DNA from: Octopus sinensis
Taxonomy: Eukaryota
Direction: 5' to 3'
Length of the DNA stretch: 64,000 bases
Assembly: GCF_006345805.1 (NCBI RefSeq)
Contig: NC_043003.1
Span: 36,084,001 to 36,148,000, forward strand
The number at the start of each line of letters is the position of its first letter. Positions within the stretch are counted from its first letter, which is position 1. The notes beneath the pieces are model-generated. The model was given only the letters and a program-made list of their open reading frames with translations, searched no databases and had not been told where the DNA came from. This document shows, piece by piece, positions 1-13,431 of this stretch. The position numbers and the translations under genes are program-made.

Positions 1-521
1 TATCTAACGACGGCAATATTCTCATTTTGTATTTTTTATATTTCTCTCAACTCTGCACAGAATACCGAATTTCCCTTTTTTTCAGTCAGTCTTTCACTAG
101 TCCCACTCATTGGTTGTGGTCATGCTGAAGCATTGTATTGACGGGTTTAGCCGATCAACTCGACCTCAGCGTTTACATTATACGTCTACTACATATTGAA
201 CAGAGCCACTAGATGTGGGTATTTCAACAGCCCAACACCTATTGTCAAGCTGTGGGACACGTCCACATAAATACAATATAATATGTATGTATATGTGCAT
301 ATTCAATTAGAGGTTATGGTAGTCTAAGAGGGGATGGTGTCATCCAAGGGAATATTTTTCCCCTCTGAAGATATTATGCTCAGAATATTTAATTGATTCA
401 CTAAGTTTTAATTGAAACAGGTGTAAGGGATGATGTTTGATTTGTTGTTAATAATGAACAATATTGAATTCCCAATCGCCACTTTTTTTTCTCTTATATA
501 TTATATATATATATATATATA

Positions 522-921
522 TCTTATATATAAAAGTGAAGTTGGTGCGAGTGTTGTCTCCTACGATTTAGATTCCTAACTACTCCCACATTTTGCGGTG
601 CAGTTTAACCAAAACCGGGTATCTTATAGTCGTGATTCATATCGAGCCCTTCTGGGTATTAGCGCGCGCCTACGATGAGTCTACGATTTTTAAAATAATT
701 TAGCATAATTTTTTTCCATTTTAATGCATTTTTTCACTATTATATAAGGGAAGTAACTCTCTAAAAATGTCTACGATGGGTCAACGATTTAAAAACAATT
801 TAGCATCATTTTTGTTTCCAATTTTAATGCATTTTTTGGCTATTTTTTGGCTATAAATCTCTAAAAATGCTTTATAGTTATTTCCCTTACAAATCCGAGC
901 AACGCCGGGCGATGCTGCTAG
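522..921 (+). mobile_element. Non-autonomous Helitron (400 bp)
   Basis: Starts A|TC (TCTTATATATAAAAG at 522) and ends CTAG|T (918-921). Imperfect subterminal hairpin CCGAGC-AAC-GCCGGG at 895-909. Lies between A and T in a (TA)n tract with no TSD. Internal ~100-bp duplication (~671-760 vs ~772-860). Confidence 0.85.
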
Positions 922-1226
922 TATATATATATAAACATATACATATACACGATGTGCGTCCATTCTCTATCAAATTCATTCAAAAGGCATTGGCTGCCGC
1001 AGCTGAGTGAGCCTGTGGTGCTTAGCAGTAGGATCCAACTGAGTTGCCTGATGTGCTACGCATTAGAATGGAACCCCAAACCACATTGTTCTTAACCACA
1101 CAGCCAAGCCAAACCTAAAGTGAACGTTTCCAAACGACAGTGGATTAATTCTTATAGTGGTTTACTATCACTAGTCACGTTCATTTACGGTGTTTACCGA
1201 GTCGCTGGAACGTTCTCTCTTTATCG

Positions 1227-1421
<195 letters not shown>

Positions 1422-2198
1422 TTACAAAATATGAGCTAAAACAAGATTAAGAACTGAAAAGAAACCTGCATATGATTAAATATGAGCAATGCTATGTTCA
1501 CGTGACTAAATTTATAACCACAAATATGTTACTTCATACTCAGACATGCGTAAACATCTGATGTTAAAAGTAATGTTATTAATTGCAAAAGCAAACGAAC
1601 ATAGCTATAATAACTGTGATAATTTACTAATTATACGAATCCAATTAATAACATTTTAAATCAATATAAAGCGTGCGAAACTTGCTTGCGTTCTTAAAGT
1701 TCATTTCACACTGTGGTTTTCAACATGATAAAAAACTGTGAAGACTCTTTTTCCTTTTGATTCATAATGTAATCCACATAAAGAACGTTGTTTTTGCTCC
1801 CATGTATTGAGAGTACATCTCGTCAATTGAGGCAAATGCCATCGGTTGCTTTGTGCATGTGCGTCTTAGTTTTTGCTGTTGTTTTGTTGTTTTTTTTATG
1901 CTCTTATATTTCACTTGATGCATGGCATATAACCGACACGTTTAAAGTGTAAAATGTGAAACTTTTAAAAGAAGCGTGACTTGTAAATTACTTGTAAACA
2001 CCATTTCTTTCTCTTTCATTTATGATGCAAAAGAAAAAAACAAAGATTAAAATCGAAACGGATCAAATACTTCTTTAGCAAATAAAACACAGAAAAACTC
2101 ACCTATTCACACGCACATACATACACAAATGTAAGCACATATGTATATACATGAACACGCAATCACGCGCACACCCATATGTATGAATGTTTTGTATG

Positions 2199-2239
<41 letters not shown>

Positions 2240-2320
2240 TTATTATTTATATATATATATAAATATATATATAAATATATAAGTTTGGAATACTATTCCC
2301 TCATATTATTATTATTATTA

Positions 2321-2355
<35 letters not shown>

Positions 2356-2360
2356 TTATT

Positions 2361-2424
<64 letters not shown>

Positions 2425-4284
2425 ATTTACTCGAAGGGTGTTCATTAAAGATTTGCTCTGACTCAGTTCTGATTATTGCAAGAAGCGGGACTTGAACAGG
2501 TATACTTATACATGTCTCTGCATGTCACATTGTAAATTGTAGCTTTCCACTGATATTCGTTTGTCTTTTACGGCTGCTGAATCGGACTAAGGTGTTATTA
2601 TGGAGGAGTTGAATGGAGATTACTGTTCAGGATCTTATACATAAAAGGTCGTACACCAAAAGAGACTTTCGATGAGACGAAAGGAGTTTAAACGTAGTTA
2701 AGCTCTGGCAGCGCCAGTTCAAATGTGCCAGTTAACAGAGCGGGTGACCAAGTTAAGGTTCCCACATCGGCATGGTATGTTGGTGTTTGGCGCCATGCGT
2801 GGCAGCCGTTTGTAGCATTTGTTAAGACAACAGTTACCAGGTCAGGAAGTTGGCTTGTACGATCATGCCCGTCCTTATATCTCTATGTCTTGCGTTCGAA
2901 ACATTGAAGGATGGTATAGAAACGCCCACATTTATGGGTGTATGAGTATGTTTATGTTTTTAACGTGATATTTTGAGTAGGTGGGAATATCTGAAATGTT
3001 TCGTTGGTAGTCCCGATATCCATGTATAATGATCTAAGAAGTGAGATCATCAAGATACTGTGATAAAAATAAATAATAATAACACAATGATAATTGGACA
3101 TTAATAAACAGAAATAACAGCACAGATCTAATAGGAAAACAAAAGGAACTTCAAAGCGCGAGTAGCAATATAAGATGATTTGTTATACCCAAACCTAACC
3201 TCAATTTATCCTGACGAATCATTTGTTTCGGTTCCTTGCATCTGAGTTCCAATCCCATCGGGGCCTATTCTGGTCGAAACCATAATCCGTGGCCATGATT
3301 AACATTAGATCGAAGCCTTTGAGCTCCTTTAGCACAATCCACTGCTTTGCACGCATTCGAAGAAGGTCATCGGTTTGAATATAAATTATTTTACATCGCC
3401 CTCCTTTCTACCATTGAACAGAATTATGAGTACTGCATGTTCTCTTGACTAAGTAGTGAATTCGTCGCAAAATCACATACATATACACACTCATCTACAC
3501 ACACATAAATATATAAACAAATATATGTGAATACGGATATGTGTATTTCTGTATGTACATAAAAACTCCTGCGTTTTCTTCCGTGCAGTTGCATGTACAG
3601 CTACATGTACACATACAGAAACATATATATATAAGTACGTGTCCATGTATATGCTTACATATTCTTCTAACGAAGTATAATTTTAATCAAATTTACAAAT
3701 ATAAAGGCTAACAAAAAGTAGGTTGACAGCCGGTCAGAGAGCAAACAATTCGCACATTGTCACATTTACTCATATCTATAAGAACTGTATTATGTGTCTC
3801 CTTCCATCTGTTTCACTATTTGTATCAATAATACATATGAATGAATAATATATCACTTCCAAAGTGACCAATGCTGTTTAACAGCGTAACCCATTATATC
3901 AAATAATTTCGCAATGCTGAATGAAGAAATAAATAGTGAAAGGCCATACTTAATTATGAATGAAGGGTGGCAGAATTTGTTGCTGCTTAACAAATTACGG
4001 AATACAGAATGCAGAATATTTAATTGGCAAAATCGCTAGTGGGATACAATGCCTTGCGGTGTTTGGCTTCATTAGCTGTCTTCGCTCTTGCTTTGTGTTC
4101 GAATGAAGCCGTGGCCAGGTTGAGCTCCATAGAATAAGAATTAGGAAAATAGGTGTAAGCAGGGTTGACTGGTTAAGATCATTTTACAACCTCGGGGTTT
4201 AGTGTTCAACCTAGTGCTCCATACCGCCCAATTGTGAGTCAATTTGATAGGTAGAAACTGTGAGGAAGGCTATCGAATACATAT

Positions 4285-4332
<48 letters not shown>

Positions 4333-4336
<4 letters not shown>

Positions 4337-4930
4337 GAATACAAAAAGTGGGACAAGAATGCAAATCATCCGGACAGCTAGATGATACAAAAAAGGGACA
4401 GGAAAAAACACTGACGTGTCATTCGAAGTTTTCTTTCCTCAGTCGAGTTCTAGATTATTTTTGCAATTTCGGCTGGTTATACTCGAGATTGCTCAAATCT
4501 GGCTAGCCCCAAGGAAAAACTAAGCCAAAAGCACTAGATTCCTTGGAAGAAAGCAGCGAATGTAAACGAATACAAGGACGAAAAAATAAGACGAACAAAT
4601 GGTACACAAAAACAAATACAAATAACAGGGCATAACATCAGGTGTCTTTCGACTAAGGACGAGTTAAATTAAACTGGCGTGAGTGGAAGAGAAGCCTTAT
4701 GGCTGGGACATAAAAGATTACAGGCATGGTGAGGAATATAGATATTGCACGGATGGTAGTCGAACCAAGAAAGAAAGCTCAGGATTGGCCGAACACCGGG
4801 TACGTGGAGAGAGAGGAGAGATGTAGAGGTAGAGGGACAGAAGAATTAGGGAGGGACGAGAAAGAAGAAAAAGGAGAGTGTGAAGTGAAAGAGGAGGGAA
4901 GGTGAGAATGAAGAGAAAACCAGGAATAGT
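4333..4930 (-). mobile_element. Penelope-like element 3'/terminal region (family P1)
   Basis: Abuts the PLE RT fragment at 4945 and ends at (TA)n. A reverse-complement homologue lies at ~49595-50085 (shared block CGTTTACATTCGCTGCTTTCTTCCAAGGAATCTA). Confidence 0.65.
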
Positions 4931-4944
4931 TGTGTTGATCCTAA

Positions 4945-5345
4945 ATTATTCCATGTATAAATTGGCTATTATCGGTGATAAATGCGAACCCATAGCTAAA
5001 CCTTCTTCTTATCAATATACATCAGTGTCCATTCTGAAGTAGATAGTTTCTACACAAAAGGTCAACATTTCCATCAGGTTTCCTATTGGTATACTAATAT
5101 GTTCATTTAGATGGGTGTCTGTCAGTAGTTTTTCTTCAATCACCGAAAATGCTTCATCAGTTGGGACTTTGTTGAACATATTTATCACATCTAGACTCAC
5201 CATCTGGTTGGATCCAATGGGGGTATTTTTGATCAATGCTGTGAAGTGGATGGAATTCTTCACGTACAGTATTGACTAATGGACTGATTATATCCACAAG
5301 GAAACGGCTCGGTGGATTACATGCTGAACCTCTACAGTTCAGCTC
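4945..5345 (-). pseudogene. Penelope-like reverse transcriptase fragment
   Basis: Minus-strand translation CRGSACNPPSRFLVDIISPL ... MVSLDVINMFNKVPTDEA ... LMEMLTFCVETIYF ... EEGLAMGSHLSPIIANLYME matches PLE RT motifs (S-x-DV; GLAMGSPLSP). Stops and frameshifts present. Confidence 0.9.
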
Positions 5346-5397
5346 ATTATAGGTCTTAATGTAATAGCATCCTTGTTCTTGATCAAGATCTGTGACA

Positions 5398-5399
5398 TA

Positions 5400-5430
<31 letters not shown>

Positions 5431-5449
5431 ATTATTATTATTATTATTA

Positions 5450-5540
<91 letters not shown>

Positions 5541-5550
5541 CACCATCATC
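5398..5550 (+). repeat. (ATT)n microsatellite
   Basis: Directly visible; reads (TAA)n at the 3' end of the minus-strand LINE fragment to its right. Confidence 0.98.
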
Positions 5551-5579
5551 ATTATAGTCTTACTATCCCCAAGTGATTA

Positions 5580-6075
5580 CATGTTAATTTAATTGAGAGG
5601 AATATTAGCTTGAGATTTGGTGACGACCATTCCCCTCAGCTATGGAGTCTCTCTCTGAGGATTCCTGGAGAATACAAGATTAGTTTTTCATGGCGGTCGA
5701 CAACGCGTTTTCGTCTGGCATCCTTCGCCAGTTTTCTTTACTCCTAGCGTCTTTAGTTTGTTGCATGAATTGGCCATATAATTCCATTTTTTCCTTTATT
5801 GTTCTTCCTGTTCTTGAATTTTCTTACAGTTTCATTAACTATTTCGACATCATTAGTCCCTAATAGTATTTTCCTTCACTCCATACAGCAACATTTTTCA
5901 GCCCCAATATCGTACCACCAACGTTGTCTTTTGCATATATAAATTCTTTGCTTCACTCCTTTCTTCGTAAACAGAGTCTGTTGGTATCAGTTTTAGGGTA
6001 GTGCGTGGTGTGCATTGTGAACAGCTTCCTAGTCCTATGTTCTATCTACGTTTTGTCGCTCGAATTGTATTTTCT
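5580..6075 (-). pseudogene. Non-LTR retrotransposon ORF fragment, R4/Dong-like
   Basis: Minus-strand IEHRTRKLFTMHTTHYPKTDTNRLCLRRKE*SKEF and KEKMELYGQFMQQTK resemble the recalled motifs DRKTRKLLTMH..HPKSD..RLYLPRKEGGRG and K.LHGQF. Clade assignment is from memory. Confidence 0.7.
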
Positions 6076-6834
6076 AGAAGAACTAGACAGAACTAATTGA
6101 CTTAACATTTAAGTGGTTAACCATTCCGCAGATACAGTCGTATCTTTAGATAACTTGTAAACAAAATAAGCATGTTATATGGCTCTAACATTCAAATATA
6201 GATACAATCAGTCTGATGGGCTTCCACTTAGCTTCGTTAAATAAGATTCCCGGGGTGTCAAGCCCTGGGATCGAATCAACTACAGTGATATTGGTAAAAG
6301 AAGAATACTTATATAGCGTTCGATCATGCTGCATCCATACATTTATGTGTACATACATATATATACATATATATTTACACACATGCACACACGTCGATGG
6401 CCAGCTGGAGAAGATATCTTCCTGCGGCTAAATAGTAGTAACCTTCATCCTAATCAGGGCTGACACTTTACATTGGCAAATAAACTCTAGTCCCAAGTAC
6501 TGTTGCTGCATGTTTCTCGTTCATGTCTACGAGATTAGTGACTGTGTATCATTTTAAAAGTATATACTTTGAAAAAGATTTAGAGCTACCATCTTCAGAC
6601 AAGCGATTATTCTTTGCTGATGAAGAGAAATACCTCAGAAAACATTGGTACACAGATATCGGTTTGACTTGAGTGGAGACATTATCTCCCTTGTTCGAAG
6701 TATAAGGGCACAGTTAGTCGGTCGATAGACAGCTTGAGATGTTTTCCTGGGGTTAAATAGTATTAACATTCGTCCTAATCAAGACTGCCACTTAACGGTG
6801 GCAAATACACTTTACTCTCTCTCTCTCTCTCTCT

Positions 6835-6880
<46 letters not shown>

Positions 6881-6907
6881 ATGTGTGTGTGCATATATAT
6901 ATATATA

Positions 6908-8179
6908 TTGGGGTTGGACAAAATAGTGGAAACACCTTAAAATTTCAAACAAATTTATATTAATATTGGGTAGGACCGCCTTTGGCTGTAATAACAGCTT
7001 GAATTCTAGAAGGTATGAACTAGTACGAAGTTTGAATTGTTTCCAAAGGAATTTTTGTCCATTCTTCAACTAAAACAGTTACCAGTTCATGTAGTGATGA
7101 TGGTGGAATATATCGACTCCTTGTTTTTCTAAAATGCACTATAAATGTTCAATAATATTGAGATCCGGGGGTTGTGGTTGCCAGATAAGATGTTCAACTT
7201 CACTAGAATGCTTCTCGTGCCATTCAGTAACAATTTTAGCTGTATGAATTGGTGCATTATCATCCTGAAAGATTGCATTTCCCCTGGAAACAGTTCTGCA
7301 AACATAGGATGAATTCGATCAGATAAAATTCTTAAATAATCTTGACTATTAATTCTGCCATGAAGGGAAACCATTGACCTGGCGGATTTACAAGATTTAG
7401 CCCTCACCCTAGATCATCACAGATCTTCCTCGCTCTTTAACAGTTGGAAGAAGGTAACCTGGGTCAAATGCTTCCTTTGTTTTTCTCCAAACGTATACTT
7501 GGCCGGTGTCGGAAATAAAGCAAAGTATGACTCGTCCGAGAAAATAACATTCTTCCACTGCTCTAGGAATCAATCCTGTAGATTTTTACTCCACTCTAAA
7601 CGCTTTGTAACATTTGTTTTTGAAAGTAGTGGTTTTCTGATTGCAGCCCGCTCGAGAAATCCGGCTGTGTGCAGCTCCCGGCAAACAGTTTTTGCGGAAA
7701 CTGGGTTCACAAGGTGGTCATTAATCTCTGCAGTAATTTTGGGAGCTATATTTTTGTGACCCTTTCTAACAATTCGCGTAAGAATCCGACGTTTCCTATC
7801 TGAAAGATTTGGTTTTCTTCCAGAGTTTTACTTCAACGTAGTGGTTTTTCCCTCTTTCTCAAAGGCTGTCATTACTTTCGAGGCAGTAGTTCTTGAAACA
7901 TCAAACATTTCGGCTGTTTTCGTTATACTAACGCCTGCCATACGGTCACCAACAATTTGACCTCTTTAAAAGTTCGATAGATCTGTCATTTTAATGAATT
8001 TAAATTACCTTTTTATTGATGATATCTGAAAAGAAACAGCAACTTTAGCAAAACATATTATGCAACACTATTAATAAATCAAAAAAACATAAAAATAAAC
8101 AAGCTTTGACGGTTTTATAGATATTCCAAAATTATAATGCTATGATGCTAGGAGTTTCCAATATTTTGTCCAACCCCTG
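6908..8179 (-). mobile_element. Tc1-family DNA transposon, near full length, decayed
   Basis: ~30-bp TIRs: GGGGTTGGACAAAATAGTGGAAACACCT (from 6910) and AGGAGTTTCCAATATTTTGTCCAACCCCTG (to 8179). Flanked by TA/TG repeats. Confidence 0.95.
6960..7989 (-). pseudogene. Tc1 DD34E transposase pseudogene
   Basis: ATG at 7989 gives MTDLSNF*RGQIVGDRMAG (HTH), then WKNVIFSDES, IFQDDNAPIHTAK and PDLNIIEHL; TAA at 6960-6962. Several stops and frameshifts. Confidence 0.93.
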
Positions 8180-8600
<421 letters not shown>

Positions 8601-9189
8601 AAACAGTGTGTGTATGTGTGTGGTTGCATGCGTATATCTAATTCTGCGTAGTAAAATTTAGAAGTTTAATGTTTCAGTTGAAACTGATAAAAATATGAAA
8701 CATCAGTAACAAAGATGGCGTCTGGAAGATTTCCTGAGCCATTGAGGTGCTGCTGATATTAAGCAAAGCTGATAGATTCACACTTATATATTCGGTGAGT
8801 TGATACAGCTAGACCCAGTCTTTGACTGTAGATTGGCACATCAAAAAGACTAACATCGTTTGCACAGTATGATTTAATTTTTCTCGGAGAAAACTTCACT
8901 GGAAGTTGTTATGGCACTTCTCTTTTAAATATGTATGAGTTAAGTTTTAATCCTGGTGAAAGATTTCGGGGAATCCACTGAGGAATACGTTTCGATTTTC
9001 ATGTAGCATCCATTTAACTAGCTGTGTCATTAATAAGTTTCGACAAGAAAAGAATTATTAAACTAATCATTAGCTCGGCTATAATGAAATACTGTGTTTA
9101 GTTTTCCTATTTTCCTTTTCATAGAAATACATTATTTTTGATTTTTCTGTAACAATGAAATTTAGATATTGAGTTTTTGAAAAGAATGC

Positions 9190-9986
9190 ATGAGGTTTAA
9201 TAAAAAATTAGGTAAAAATTATTTACCTAAGTTTTAACATTATCCCTTTCGAAATAATCACCTTGCGCAGCAATATACTACTCTCAGCGTTCATGGACTT
9301 TTGGAATTCGGCCTGGAAGTAATTTTCTGAAAGCGAGTCGAGGATCTTCTGCGATTCCCTCTTCATCTCCACAACGGATTTAAAATGGCAACCTTTCAGC
9401 TACATTTTAATCTGGGGAAGAGATGGAAGCCTGCTGGTACTAAATCTGGCGAATAGGACGGGTGCAGAAGCGATACCATGTTGTTCTGGGTGAGAAATTC
9501 ACGAGTCAAGAAAGCTCGGTGACAGGTTGCGTTGTCGTCATGAGGAATCCATTGTCATCGTGAAGAATACATTTCCGTGGGTGACACCCGACCAGGTCTT
9601 CCAGATCGCTCATCGTCTTCCAGGGACGTTTTTTTTCCGTTTTTGAAGCACCCGTGCCATTGGAAACATTGTGTATGACCCATTACTTCGTCGCCGTAAG
9701 CTTGCAGAAACATGCTCAATGTCTCTATAAAAGACTTTCCAAGTTTAACTCATAACTTCAGGTTGGCTCTGTTCCAATTTCTATGGCAAAAATAGCAGAC
9801 TACATACAGCATACACGTCATCACAAAAATACAAATTTCACAACTTACGAAGTAAGCAGAGAAATGTCACTAGACATACAGCCTCATGCATATCACTGCT
9901 AGTTCTCAATGCGCTTGCAACCGTGTGCTACCATCCGTTGGCGCGCTACAGAACTAGTCCTGGGAACTTTTTGATACCATCTTGTA
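9190..9986 (-). mobile_element. Mariner (D,D34D) element, internally deleted
   Basis: Right terminus reads TA-CAAGATGGTATCAAAAAGTTCCCAGG on minus. Transposase remnant WIPHDDNATCH ... HPSYSPDLVPAGFHLFP ... IAAQGDYFE at ~9230-9555. Other TIR not clearly recognisable. Confidence 0.9.
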
Positions 9987-10799
9987 TATCACCATTTTAC
10001 ATCTCTTGTTTCGTGTTAAACAGAGGCTTCCGTGCTGTTTAGGAAAATATTTCATTTGTACATGAAACGGCACATGATTGAGAACGTGCATTAGAAATCT
10101 ATTGCATTAACAGATTGAATCAGGTTCGAACCAGCTTTGTGGAATCCTGAGAAAAGCAGTTTTGTAATGTAACCTTGGGTTGAACAAAGTTTTGCGATTG
10201 GAGATAGAACTTGTCTGTAAATCACAACGCAAACACACGCACACATATGCATACATACAGAGATAAAGAAAGACAGAGCGAGAGAGAGACACTTTTATTC
10301 GCTTTTCCACTTTCTCGTGTGTGTGTGTGTTTATGTACGTACCCTTCGTGAATGTACATTTCCACATTACGTAATTGTCGACTAAAAATAACTGCTTCTC
10401 GATAAATATACATTAGTTTATTACGTGTATCATATTACAGAACATCCTGTGTTACTTGAGATGTGGAGTAAACCTGACCGACGGAATGCTTCCTGGAAGC
10501 CACTGGCAGTTGATGGATCTGTGCTCTGTTGGATGTACAGAAACAAAAGGCACAATATGTTCTGGGCGAAAGTTGCAGGGACTACACGAGAGTTTGTTAG
10601 CTCTTATGAGCTAGAAAAGCGAGAGGAATCCTACAAACACCACACAGACCAAAACAGAGAACTCGGTGGGTTCCGTTTGGTCTACATATGCTTTCGAGTT
10701 GTGCATATACTGTATCTTCTGAAAGTTGTATCTTGGTCTCCATTTTCTTGACAATATTCAGATTCAGAGCTTGTACGTCTCTCTAAGTAAGACCAGGTT

Positions 10800-11490
10800 G
10801 TTAATAGCCCACACACGTTCAGTGTCCAAAAATTGTTGCAGATGACGCAACACGAGCGTGTCTGCGCATCAGAAGCCACGTACACCTAAGCTGCCATGTA
10901 AAGGGTGCTAGCAGCAGACTGAAATCCTGAACATTGGAAAATAAAAAAGAGACGCTCCAGCCTGTAACTATAGCAATGCACGACGGGCAGGCAATAAATG
11001 ATGATGTAGGCATTAGCCAGGTCGGCCCCACGTTTTAGGGACAACTTCCTCTCTGTCTATTTCCGGGTAAGATTGGCCACCCTGTTCATGTGCCTAGTGA
11101 CATTTCTGTGTTCACTTCGTAAGTTGTGAAATTTGTGCTTTTGTACAGCGTCCGACGATGTTGTCAGACGGCATCGACCTGTCTCTCCAGGTGCCCAGTC
11201 GCAAACCCACTGAGTTGGCATAGGCCTTGTCGCCTGCAACCGACTCATATTCATTTAGAATGGAGTCAACTGTCTCCATTTCGGAGGCGCTGGACACCAT
11301 GAGAATGACGTCATCCGCGACTCCTACCCTGACAGTGGCTGTTTATTTTGTTCACGGAACAGTGAGTTTCGACCCTATCGAATATTTTAGACTGGTCCAT
11401 ATTGATCAGAGCCCCACATACGACGGCTTTAGTCCTAGTTCTCTCTATAATTTATTGCATAAAGTGGAGCTTGTCGTGGATAGACAACTT
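10800..11490 (-). pseudogene. Tx1/L1-clade reverse transcriptase fragment
   Basis: Minus-strand GALINMDQSKIFDRV (motif A), ADDVILMVSSASEMETVDSIL (YADD region), GLRLGTWRDRSM, RVANLTRK*TERKLSLK and WLLMRRHA. Internal deletions. Confidence 0.9.
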
Positions 11491-11874
11491 TGGCATTTCA
11501 CACGTTTACACTTCCTCCCTGGTGGAGGGTTGTAAGTTACTCTACTCTCTTTTTCTTTTACAATGTGTATGGTCAATTTTAAATCTCTCATATCTATGCG
11601 GAAACTTCCAGATTGTTTGCAGCACTTACAAAGGAAATCCTCTTTACTTCTTTCTTTTCCTAGCTGTAGCAACTGTAGCTACTGTAGTGGAGTCACCGGT
11701 GGTAGTGGTTACGGCGGTGGGGGGTCGTTCACATTTCTTTGAAATATTTTTGTATTTTTACTTCTTTAAACTTGTTCTTATTGCTGCTGTAGTTTTTGTT
11801 GTTACTGGAATTGTCGAGTTGTCGAAACGTATGCAAGATTCTAGAAGCTCCAACAAAACCTGTGAGAAAGAGGA

Positions 11875-11905
<31 letters not shown>

Positions 11906-11935
11906 TAATAATAATAATAATATAATAATAATAAA

Positions 11936-12070
11936 CCTTTCTACTGAAGGCATAAGGTCTCAAAGTTGGGTTCAGGGGACTAGTCGATTATATCTATCCC
12001 AGTGTTTCACTGGGATAGATATAATCTAATTTACCTAATTTATCGACCCCAAGCAGATGAAAGGCAAATA
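11936..12070 (-). mobile_element. SINE family A, 3' half
   Basis: TTTATCGACCCC..GATGAAAGGCAAA block is the reverse complement of the family A central domain seen at 18350-18400. Confidence 0.75.
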
Positions 12071-12080
12071 ATGAAAACTT

Positions 12081-12522
12081 CATAATGTACACGGGCTATA
12101 GCAAATATTCTACTCAATAACAGATTTGCTCATCAACTGATTGACCTTAACCAGTTGAGCATGTCTCTGATCACGAATAGAAGTAGTGGGGTATCATCAA
12201 AGCCATGTGTTGAGAGGAATTCTTTGGGGTTTGAATAATTCAACCTGGAAACATGGCTGTTTAATTCAACATCCTTAAACAAACCTTATTCAAAGACCTT
12301 TTGAGTGGGACGGTTTACTCGACCTGAAGAAAATTCTAACTGAGCCGCACCTGCAAGGCCATATGCTGTTTATCTTGATATAAGATCACCTTGTCGTGCA
12401 CATATAGTTTTGATGCATGTGCCTGGTGCATCTTTATCAGACGGGTAATCATGATGGATGTATTGGGTTTCGTATATTTGTTCCCCAGTGTCACTTTGAT
12501 GGCATGCATTGTTCTCTCACTC
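12081..12522 (+). mobile_element. (TAA)n-tailed non-coding retroelement, copy 1
   Basis: Homologous to 13432-13990, 15560-16005 and 41983-42122. Ends CTCTCACTC followed by (AAT/AAC)n. Confidence 0.85.
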
Positions 12523-13089
12523 AATAATAATCATAACAACACGAACAACAATACCAACAACAACAACTTAGAGTTATTATAGAGACAATTGAAACTTCTC
12601 CATCTTTCCGTTTATATTTCAAGGAAGAAATCATTTTATTTGAATATTTTATTCTTTATGAACTGAATGAAATCCTCCTTGTGTTAGAATTGGTTATGTA
12701 TTACAATGAATAGATGATTCTATTATTAACCATATAAAGACACAAAATTGGAAACATGCTTTCAAAAAGGAATTATTCAAGGACATCGAAGTGGATATCG
12801 AAACAGATGCACACTGATGGTTTCTTAATCACTTACAACTACACCAACTTGCCAATACGATTTGCATAAATGCGTTACAAATTTAGTACTCAGACACGCA
12901 TCGTTGAACTTTTAAGTGAAAGAATATAAAGTTTAGAAACACGGAATCGTTTTACCTAAAGAAAAACTGATCGTAAACGAGGCGTTTGAGTTTACAACCG
13001 GGAATAAAAAGTGAGTTTTACGAATATCATAACACCTCCTTTCGGTGCAAATGTAAATTAAAACGTGTAACTTCTCATGAGGATTAAAA

Positions 13090-13374
13090 TATCCAGTTTT
13101 GCTCTATTTTCCTTGCACTTTTTTTTGCTGTTCTTCTTTGCCTTTTTTCTTTTTCTTCCTTTTTTCTTCTCTCTCATTCTTTCTTCTTTTTCCTTCTTTC
13201 TCTTTCTTCTTCTCTCTCCTTTCTTATTTCTCCTTCTTCCTTCTTTCTCTTTCTTTCTTCTTTCTTCTTCTTCCTTCTTTCTCGTCCTCCTTCTTCTTCC
13301 CCTTCTTCATCCTCCTCCTCATCCACCTCTTCATCCTCCTCCTCCTTCTTCTTCTTCTTTGTCTTCTTCTTCTT

Positions 13375-13405
<31 letters not shown>

Positions 13406-13431
13406 TTATTATTATTATTATTATTATTATT
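13090..13431 (+). repeat. (CTT)n pyrimidine tract then (TTA)n
   Basis: Directly visible. Confidence 0.95.

Noticed and set aside
4415-4490. Hammerhead in P1 termini (also ~49950-50010)
   Set aside because: CTGAGG(A/C) is followed by GAAT rather than GAAA, with no NUH or stem I arrangement.
6617-6650. CTGATGA-A-GAG..CTC-A-GAAA motif
   Set aside because: No stem I/III pairing and no repeat context; likely chance.
11630-11859. Minus-strand exon with good CAG acceptor and GTAAGT donor; possible degenerate zinc knuckle CKCCKQSGS
   Set aside because: All three frames contain stops, the H and last C of the knuckle are absent, and it lies beside a Tx1 remnant.
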